Origin: an uncultured virus (IMG/VR IMGVR_UViG_3300032181_000411)
Lineage: Duplodnaviria > Heunggongvirae > Uroviricota > Caudoviricetes
Strand: one strand, 5' to 3'
IMG/VR virus record: IMGVR_UViG_3300032181_000411
DNA length: 20,000 nt
Part shown: piece by piece, positions 13,547 through 20,000 of the stretch
Layout: each line of letters opens with the position of its first letter
Numbering within the stretch: the stretch's first letter is position 1
Program-made: the position numbers and the translations under genes
Notes under the pieces: model-generated
Told to the model about the DNA's origin: nothing
Seen by the model: only the letters and a program-made list of their open reading frames with translations
Database searches by the model: none

Positions 13547-15757
13547 ATGGCAAGTCTTATCTCGCCTGGTATTGTAATCAAAGAGCGTGACCTAACTAAC
13601 GCTGTTGTTGTAAATTCTCAAGCCATCACTGGCGCTTTTGCTTCAACATTTGCTAGAGGTCCCGTTGGTGAGATTGTAACTATCAGTACCCAAAAAGAAT
13701 TATTAGATACTTTCGGTAAGCCCAACGCTACTAATGCTGAAGATTGGTTCGTCGCTTCCGAATTCCTCAACTATGGCGGTCGTCTCGCTGTAGTACGTGC
13801 CGAAACTGGAGCGAAATCCTCCCACACTGGAACTGGCGACTTAACTGTCAGAAACGCTGCCGACTGGGCTGCTGGTGTTGGCGCTGGAGAAGACTTCGTT
13901 GCTAGAACTCCTGGCAAATGGGGTGACGGACTCAAGGTTCTAGTCGTAGACAGAGGACCTGATCAGGTTGTAACCCTAGGTGGTGCTCCTGACACTACGC
14001 CCGTTGTAGGTTCTACCGTTACTTTCAACGAAGGTGGTAGCACTATTTCTGCTACAGTCGAAGCATATAATCCTGCTACTTATGAGCTATCCATCAAAAC
14101 CAGCACCTTAATCACTGATGCTGCTGAGTTAGAAGATGGTGATGAGATCCTTGGTTTCAGTCACGACGCCGTTACCGAATCAGGAAGATCTCCTGGTGAT
14201 TATACTCCATCTGCTGACCTAACTGGTGGTGCTCAATTCCGAGTTGTAGTTGCTGATGCTGGCGAAGAAGCTGGCGGTGCTGCTACTGGAGTTGGTGGTT
14301 CTGTTACTGTTACCCTAATCAATGGTGGCGACGGATATAACACTGGAACAATTATCGCTCTTGCTGGTGCTCAAACAGGCAATGGTTCCGACATCAACGT
14401 CACCGTAACTGGTCTAGATCCTGACATCGGTGTTGCTTCGGTAAGAAACTGGTGGACAACTACAACCATCAACGGTGTTGCTCTATCTGAAATTGGTCCT
14501 CGTCCTGGTACTTCTCAGTACGCTTCCGACAGAGGTTTAGCAGACGACGAACTTCACATTGCTGTTGTTGATTCGGATGGTGCTATTACTGGTACTGCTG
14601 GAACTATCCTTGAGCGTTTAACTTATCTCTCCAAACTAACTGATGGTAAGAGTGCTGAAGGCGCTGTAGCATACTACAAAGATGCTGTCAATGCTGGTTC
14701 TGCTTACATCTTTGCTGGTGCTACTCTAGCTCCTACTGGTGCTGGTGAGGCATGGGGACAAGAGTCTACTGCTTTAGACAGTGGCGATTCTTTCAAGGTT
14801 CTAGGTAAGTACGAAGCTGCTCTTTCGAATGGAGCTGACGACTACGATTACAACACGGGAGAAATCGGAACTGCTTACGGTCTTTTCACAGAAACCGAAG
14901 AAGTTGAAATCGACTTCGTTCTCATGGGTGGTTCTATGGGAGATTCAGCTGACACCAAACTTAAGGCTGGTTCTGTAATGGGCGTTGCTCAAACCAGAAA
15001 GGATTGTGTTGCTTTCATCTCCTGTGCTAAGACTGATCAAGTAGGTTCTGGTGGTGCTCTAACCAGAACTCAACAGAAGACCAACACTCTAAACTTCTTC
15101 TCTACTTTACCTTCCACTTCTTACGCCGTGTTTGATAGTGGTTATAAGTACATGTATGATCGCTTCAACGATATCTATCGTTGGATTCCATGTAACGGAG
15201 ACGTTGCTGGTCTATGTGTTTCTACTTCCGCTACACTTGATGATTGGTATTCCCCTGCTGGAACCAACCGTGGTGGTTTAAGAAACGCTGTTAAGCTTGC
15301 CTACAACCCAACCCAGGCTGATAGAGACGAACTATATCAAGCAAGAATCAACCCAATCTGCTCGTTTGCTGGATCTGGCATTATTCTATTCGGTGACAAG
15401 ACTGCCCTGTCTTCACCATCTGCTTTCGATCGTATCAACGTTCGTCGTCTCTTCCTCAATGTTCAGAAGAGAGCAGAATCTCTTGCTAAAGGAGTTCTGT
15501 TTGAGCAGAACGATGCCACAACTAGAATTGGTTTCGCTTCCGCTCTAAATTCCTACCTCTCCGAGGTTCAGGCACGTAGAGGAGTCACCGACTTCCTCGT
15601 CGTTTGTGATGATTCTAATAACACCCCATCGGTGGTTGATCGTAACGAGTTTGTTGCTGAAATCTTCATGAAGCCAACACGCTCCATCAACTACATCACG
15701 GTTACCTTAACGGCAACCAAGACAGGTGTTTCTTTCAGTGAAGTTATCGGTAATTGA
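13547..15757 (+). CDS. gp18: Tail sheath protein gp18
   Basis: SPGIVIKERDLT, FARGPV, FLNYGG, WYSPAGTNRG, RDELYQARINP, GDKT, FDRINVRRLF and KPTRSINYI motifs. Confidence 0.97.
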   Translation: MASLISPGIVIKERDLTNAVVVNSQAITGAFASTFARGPVGEIVTISTQKELLDTFGKPNATNAEDWFVASEFLNYGGRLAVVRAETGAKSSHTGTGDLTVRNAADWAAGVGAGEDFVARTPGKWGDGLKVLVVDRGPDQVVTLGGAPDTTPVVGSTVTFNEGGSTISATVEAYNPATYELSIKTSTLITDAAELEDGDEILGFSHDAVTESGRSPGDYTPSADLTGGAQFRVVVADAGEEAGGAATGVGGSVTVTLINGGDGYNTGTIIALAGAQTGNGSDINVTVTGLDPDIGVASVRNWWTTTTINGVALSEIGPRPGTSQYASDRGLADDELHIAVVDSDGAITGTAGTILERLTYLSKLTDGKSAEGAVAYYKDAVNAGSAYIFAGATLAPTGAGEAWGQESTALDSGDSFKVLGKYEAALSNGADDYDYNTGEIGTAYGLFTETEEVEIDFVLMGGSMGDSADTKLKAGSVMGVAQTRKDCVAFISCAKTDQVGSGGALTRTQQKTNTLNFFSTLPSTSYAVFDSGYKYMYDRFNDIYRWIPCNGDVAGLCVSTSATLDDWYSPAGTNRGGLRNAVKLAYNPTQADRDELYQARINPICSFAGSGIILFGDKTALSSPSAFDRINVRRLFLNVQKRAESLAKGVLFEQNDATTRIGFASALNSYLSEVQARRGVTDFLVVCDDSNNTPSVVDRNEFVAEIFMKPTRSINYITVTLTATKTGVSFSEVIGN

Positions 15758-15793
15758 TAATTAATCTCATAAACATCTTAGAGGAAAAAACAA

Positions 15794-16417
15794 ATGGCAA
15801 CACGTATTAACGATTTTATCTCGAATATTGGGCAAGGCGTTAAGCCCAATATGTTTTCGATTGATATCACCTGGCCTACTGATCTAGGTGATAACGCCTC
15901 TCCTACAGACGACAAAGATCTAATCAATGTTCTCTGTAAGTCTGCTGCTCTACCCGCTTCGAACCTGGGTGTCATCGAAGTTCCTTTTAGAGGAAGAACA
16001 GTCAAGATCGCTGGTGATCGTACCTTCGATACTTGGACTGCTACCTTCTTCAATGATAAGGAAATGAAGATCCGTACCTACTTCGAGCAGTGGTTGGAAT
16101 CTATGAATACTCACGAAGGAAACTACTCTCCAAACTTCACGCCTAACCAGGATGGATACATGTCCACCGTTAAGGTTAAGCAACTTGAGAAGCATGGTAC
16201 TGAGGGTGGTCAGATTCTTCGCCAGTACAACCTGATGCACGCTTTCCCAACGAACGTGTCTCAAATTGACCTTGCTTATGACAGCAATGATCAGGTCGAA
16301 GAGTTCTCGGTTGAATTCCAGTATTCTTACTGGGTTGTTCCTGAGCAACTGGAGCAGAGTAATATTGATGGTGGTATTTCTAACGTCTTTGGTGCTGGAA
16401 AACCAATCAATCTTTGA
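15794..16417 (+). CDS. gp19: Tail tube protein gp19
   Basis: CKSAALPAS, FRGRTVKIAGDRTFDTWT, FPTNVSQIDL and EEFSVEFQY; GAGG RBS. Confidence 0.95.
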   Translation: MATRINDFISNIGQGVKPNMFSIDITWPTDLGDNASPTDDKDLINVLCKSAALPASNLGVIEVPFRGRTVKIAGDRTFDTWTATFFNDKEMKIRTYFEQWLESMNTHEGNYSPNFTPNQDGYMSTVKVKQLEKHGTEGGQILRQYNLMHAFPTNVSQIDLAYDSNDQVEEFSVEFQYSYWVVPEQLEQSNIDGGISNVFGAGKPINL

Positions 16418-16421
16418 TCTA

Positions 16422-16428
16422 ATAAATA
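16422..16428 (+). promoter_or_regulatory. Late promoter ATAAATA for gp20
   Basis: Intergenic, ending 28 nt before ATG 16456; embedded in palindromic repeats. Confidence 0.7.
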
Positions 16429-16452
16429 GATCTATAGGATAATAGATCTATT
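16425..16452. repeat. Duplicated palindrome AATAGATCTAT (direct and inverted) in the gp19-gp20 intergenic region
   Basis: AATAGATCTAT occurs at 16425-16435 and 16441-16451. An 11-bp stem is possible between 16425-16435 and 16442-16452. Confidence 0.7.
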
Positions 16453-16455
16453 ACG

Positions 16456-18138
16456 ATGAGTCAACTCTTTGGATTTTTAATTAATAACAAGGGGGGAGAT
16501 AAAGGTCAATCCCCAATCCCCCCTAATCAAAACGACTCGGTAGCCACCGTAGCAGGTGGCTATTTTGGTACGTATGTAGATGTTGATGGTTCTCAGGGCC
16601 GTAATGAGTATGAGTTACTCAAACGATATCGTGACATGGCACTTCATCCAGAGTGTGACAGTGCTGTTGACGAGATTGTAAACGAATTTGTTGTTAGCGA
16701 TGCTGACGACAGTCCTGTTGAGATTGAACTTTCTAATTTAGATGTCAGTGCTGGCGTCAAGAAGAAAATTAGAAATGAGTTTAATCATATCAAAAGACTT
16801 TTAAATTTCGACAAGAATGCTCACCAGATTATCAGAAGCTGGTACATCGATGGTCGTACATATTACCACAAGGTAATTGATCTAGACAATCCTAGAAAAG
16901 GTATTCTTGAGCTCCGTTATATGGATCCACTCAAGGTACGTAAGGTAAGGCAAAAGATCAAAAATCCAGAAGCAAGTTCCCAAGGAGCAAAAGGAACTGC
17001 TATGGAATTTGATTGGGGCGACTATGTTGATTATTACATCTACAACCCCAAGGGTTTTACCAATGCTTTGAGTGTAAACTCAACGTATGATATGGCATCT
17101 TCAAATGGAATCAAGATCGCTTCCGATTCTGTTGCTGCCTGTACATCTGGTTTGATGGATCTCAATAAAAAAACTCCATTGAGTTTTTTACATAAAGCAA
17201 TCAAGTCTCTCAATCAACTCCGTATGATTGAAGACTCTCTTGTTATCTATAGATTGTCCCGTGCTCCTGAGCGTAGAATTTTCTACATCGATGTCGGCAA
17301 TCTACCTAAAGTCAAAGCGGAACAATATCTCCGTGATGTGATGGCACGTTATCGTAACAAACTTGTTTACGATGCTAGCACTGGTGAGATCCGTGACGAC
17401 AAAAAGCATATGAGTATGCTAGAAGATTTCTGGTTGCCTCGTAGAGAGGGTGGACGTGGAACTGAAATTACCACACTACCTGGCGGACAGAACCTTGGCG
17501 AACTCAAGGATGTGGAGTACTTTAAAAAGAAACTCTATAACTCTCTCAATCTTCCTCCTTCTAGACTTACCGACGATAACAAAGGATTTAACCTCGGTAA
17601 GACCACTGAAGTCTTACGTGACGAACTCAAGTTCGCCAAGTTTATCGGAAGACTACGTAAAAGATTTAGCGAACTTTTCCACGATATTCTCAAGACCCAA
17701 CTTATCCTCAAAGGAGTAATTGCTCCTGAAGATTGGGATGACATGGAGGAACATATCCAGTATGACTTCCTGTTCGATAACCACTTCAACGAATTGAAGG
17801 AACAGGAAATGATGCTACAGCGTATGAACCTTGTCACCCAGATGGATCCATTCCTCGGCAAGTATTTCTCTGTTGACTACATCCGTCGTCAAGTTCTTCA
17901 GCAGACTGAGAAAGAAATGAAGGAAATGGATAAGCAGATGAGAGGTGATATCGATTCTGGTATGGCACTGGATCCCGCCGACCTCAATACGTTTGATATG
18001 ATGGATCGTCAGAACGATGCTTTCGCTCCCGAACTAGAAGCACAAGCAGCGGACGATGCTCAAGAAAGAGAGATTGAGAAGATGAAAGCAATGCCTAAAC
18101 CCTCTCCAGCGCCAGCAAATAAAAAAACTGATAAATAG
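16456..18138 (+). CDS. gp20: Portal vertex protein gp20
   Basis: LHKAIKSLNQLRMIEDSLVIYRLSRAPERRIFYIDVGNLPK, EDFWLPRREGGRGTEITTLPGG and RDELKFAKFI. Confidence 0.98.
   Translation: MSQLFGFLINNKGGDKGQSPIPPNQNDSVATVAGGYFGTYVDVDGSQGRNEYELLKRYRDMALHPECDSAVDEIVNEFVVSDADDSPVEIELSNLDVSAGVKKKIRNEFNHIKRLLNFDKNAHQIIRSWYIDGRTYYHKVIDLDNPRKGILELRYMDPLKVRKVRQKIKNPEASSQGAKGTAMEFDWGDYVDYYIYNPKGFTNALSVNSTYDMASSNGIKIASDSVAACTSGLMDLNKKTPLSFLHKAIKSLNQLRMIEDSLVIYRLSRAPERRIFYIDVGNLPKVKAEQYLRDVMARYRNKLVYDASTGEIRDDKKHMSMLEDFWLPRREGGRGTEITTLPGGQNLGELKDVEYFKKKLYNSLNLPPSRLTDDNKGFNLGKTTEVLRDELKFAKFIGRLRKRFSELFHDILKTQLILKGVIAPEDWDDMEEHIQYDFLFDNHFNELKEQEMMLQRMNLVTQMDPFLGKYFSVDYIRRQVLQQTEKEMKEMDKQMRGDIDSGMALDPADLNTFDMMDRQNDAFAPELEAQAADDAQEREIEKMKAMPKPSPAPANKKTDK
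18131..18137 (+). promoter_or_regulatory. Late promoter ATAAATA
   Basis: Overlaps the gp20 stop and ends 24 nt before ATG 18161. Confidence 0.65.
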
Positions 18139-18160
18139 TTTATAACCCAAAATTTTAATC

Positions 18161-18355
18161 ATGAGTGACCAACCGTTAGATTCTGAAGTTCTGAGCGTTG
18201 TCAATTTAATTGCTGACAAAAAACGTGCCGATGCTCTCGATAAAATCGAGGACATTCTATTTGCCAAAGCTTCGGAAACAATTGATACATACAAAAGAAC
18301 TGTAGCTAATACATTCTTTGATGAACCAACAGGAGATACTCCAGAAGAACAATGA
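18161..18355 (+). CDS. Small acidic protein between portal and protease (position of T4 prohead core genes 67/68)
   Basis: 64-aa helical acidic ORF with an ATGA overlap with gp21; function inferred from position only. Confidence 0.7.
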   Translation: MSDQPLDSEVLSVVNLIADKKRADALDKIEDILFAKASETIDTYKRTVANTFFDEPTGDTPEEQ

Positions 18356-18996
18356 GACTAATTACCGAGAACATCGAAGACATCCAAATTCTTACTGAAG
18401 AAAAGGATGGTAAAAAGAACCTCTACATTGAGGGTGTATTCCTCCAATCGGAAATTAAAAACCGTAATGGAAGAATCTATCCCTTCGATGTACTCAACAA
18501 AGAAGTCGAAAGATATTCTGAGGAGTATGTAAAGGCAGGAAGAGCATTAGGAGAACTTGGTCACCCTGATGGTCCTACCGTAAATCTCGATCGTGTTTCT
18601 CATAAAATTACTTCGCTTAAAGCGGAGGGTAATAATTTTATTGGGAAGGCAAGAATTCTCGATACCCCAATGGGAACTATTGCCAAGAATCTTCTAGGTG
18701 AGGGTGTAAAACTAGGCGTATCTTCTAGAGGCATGGGTTCTCTAAAAGAAGAAAATGGTGTGAAGTATGTTGGGGAAGACTTCATGCTCGCCACCGCTGC
18801 TGATATCGTAGCGGATCCTTCCGCGCCTGATGCTTTTGTTAATGGCATCATGGAAGGCAAAGAATGGGTTTGGGAAGGAGGACTCCTTCGTGAGAGACAA
18901 ATCCAAGAACTTAAAAAAGAAATTGACAACGCTTCCAAAATGGAATTAGAGGAGAAAATGCTCTCCGCGTTCGATAAGTTCCTTTCAAATCTTTGA
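18352..18996 (+). CDS. gp21: Prohead protease gp21
   Basis: YIEGVFLQ, NRNGRIYP, ALGELGHP, LGVSSRGMGSL and DIVADPSAPDAFV. Confidence 0.97.
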   Translation: MRLITENIEDIQILTEEKDGKKNLYIEGVFLQSEIKNRNGRIYPFDVLNKEVERYSEEYVKAGRALGELGHPDGPTVNLDRVSHKITSLKAEGNNFIGKARILDTPMGTIAKNLLGEGVKLGVSSRGMGSLKEENGVKYVGEDFMLATAADIVADPSAPDAFVNGIMEGKEWVWEGGLLRERQIQELKKEIDNASKMELEEKMLSAFDKFLSNL

Positions 18997-19000
18997 TATC

Positions 19001-19007
19001 ATAAATA
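19001..19007 (+). promoter_or_regulatory. Late promoter ATAAATA for gp22
   Basis: Intergenic, ending 39 nt before ATG 19046; a GAGG RBS follows. Confidence 0.72.
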
Positions 19008-19045
19008 ATCTTAGAATATACTAGATACAATCGAGGAAAACTCAA

Positions 19046-20000
19046 ATGTCAGATATGTTAAACGAAAAATTTGAGGAGTTTACCAGTGAGCACGCCGCTG
19101 TCCTCGCTGAGGCAGGACAAGATCCAATGCCAACGGTGACGGCTGCTGTTCTCCCTGGTGACGCCGCTGCTTCAGGTCAATCCAACACCGCTGTTAACGC
19201 TAAAGCCGCTGCTGGCGAAGGCGCTACAGGTCACGCCGCTCCACTTCAGCCTGGTATTGCTATTGGACAAAAGGCACCTGCCGAAGTCAATAGCGTAACA
19301 ACCACACCTCATGAGCATGATGAGGATGGCGACGAGAACCCTGGCGCTAAGGCTGCTGCTCCTATTTCTGGTGGCATTTCTGGAGAACCTAATCGTGGTG
19401 CTTCTAACACCGATCTTCCTAATGGTACTGCTCCCAAGTTTGGTAGCGAGATTGCCTATGGAACAAAAGAAGGTGGTAGTGTAACATATCCTATCAAACC
19501 CAAGTTCGAAGAACTTGACGTATCTAGTGACATCGCTGCTCTAACCGAGGGCACCGAACTATCCGAAGAATTTGCTGAAAAAGCAAAAACAATCTTTGAA
19601 GCTGCTGTTAAGTCTAAACTGTCTGAAGAGTGGAGCAAACTCGAAGAGCAGTTCCAGGCACAACTTACTGAGCAAGTCGAAGCATCCAAGAAAGAACTTG
19701 CTGAGGAAGTAAGCGGCACAATCAACTACGCTGTCACCAAGTGGCTTGAGGAAAACCAAGTTGCTGTTGACCGTGGTATCAGAAATGAGATTACCGAAGA
19801 CTTTATTACAGGTCTGAAGAGTCTCTTTGAAGAGCACTACATCTCTATTCCCGACGAGAAAGTCGATGTTGTAGAGGGTATGAGCGAAGATCTTTGTAAG
19901 ATGGAAGAGCGCCTCAACGAACAGGTTAAGGCCAACATTGAACTACAAAATCGTCTCAATGAGTCTGCTAAGCAGATCATCGTCAAGCAAATTGCCGAGG
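19046..20000 (+). CDS. gp22: Prohead core scaffold protein gp22 (3' truncated by the window)
   Basis: Hand translation MSDMLNEKFEEF... continues to ELSEEFAEKAKTIFEAAVKSK, KWLEENQVAVDRGIRNEITEDFITGLKSLFEEHYISIPDEK; follows gp21. Confidence 0.93.
   Translation, partial: MSDMLNEKFEEFTSEHAAVLAEAGQDPMPTVTAAVLPGDAAASGQSNTAVNAKAAAGEGATGHAAPLQPGIAIGQKAPAEVNSVTTTPHEHDEDGDENPGAKAAAPISGGISGEPNRGASNTDLPNGTAPKFGSEIAYGTKEGGSVTYPIKPKFEELDVSSDIAALTEGTELSEEFAEKAKTIFEAAVKSKLSEEWSKLEEQFQAQLTEQVEASKKELAEEVSGTINYAVTKWLEENQVAVDRGIRNEITEDFITGLKSLFEEHYISIPDEKVDVVEGMSEDLCKMEERLNEQVKANIELQNRLNESAKQIIVKQIAE

Noticed and set aside
13960..14450. Gly/Thr/Ala-rich insertion in gp18 as a possible intein or mobile insert
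   Set aside because: No intein splice motifs (C/S...HN) or LAGLIDADG motif. Variable outer domains are normal in cyanophage sheath proteins.
19046..19500. Long Ala/Gly/Pro-rich N-terminus of gp22 with GCCGCT/GCTGCT repeats
   Set aside because: This is low-complexity coding sequence typical of scaffold proteins, not a repeat array.
663..19837. All minus-strand ORFs and alternate-frame plus-strand ORFs in the track (e.g. 663-926, 8390-8827, 9202-9531, 15950-16348, 18600-18938, 19456-19837)
   Set aside because: They lie wholly or largely within well-supported + strand genes, show no recognisable motifs, and are typical shadow ORFs.
1..20000. tRNA, CRISPR array, group I intron, IS element
   Set aside because: Intergenic gaps are all under about 90 nt, no cloverleaf or spaced repeats were seen, and the core genes are uninterrupted. 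A tRNAscan-SE/Infernal run would be needed for certainty.

Overview
This is a 20-kb segment of a T4-like cyanomyovirus (marine cyanophage; a Synechococcus-type host is inferred from the AMG set). All supported genes are on the + strand. The structural backbone runs gp13-gp14-gp15-gp16 ... gp17-[Zn-finger ORF]-gp18-gp19-gp20-[small core ORF]-gp21-gp22 (partial), and most starts have a T4-type late promoter (TAAATA) in front. A ~6.6-kb accessory island splits gp16 from gp17. It holds three divergent paralogous small proteins, a probable internal head protein, and a chain of overlapping genes: petE, PTOX, gnd, an ndhP-like gene missing from the ORF track, zwf, and several small membrane proteins. 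The most notable signal is a candidate -1 programmed ribosomal frameshift just upstream of petE. An A_AAA_AAG slippery site at 6456-6462, a 7-nt spacer and a predicted hairpin/H-type pseudoknot join a 29-aa ORF to a -1 frame ORF with no 5' start codon, giving a 74-aa Cys/Trp-rich protein. No tRNA, rRNA, CRISPR array, intron or IS element was recognised. All calls are by eye and from recalled family motifs; no database searches were run.
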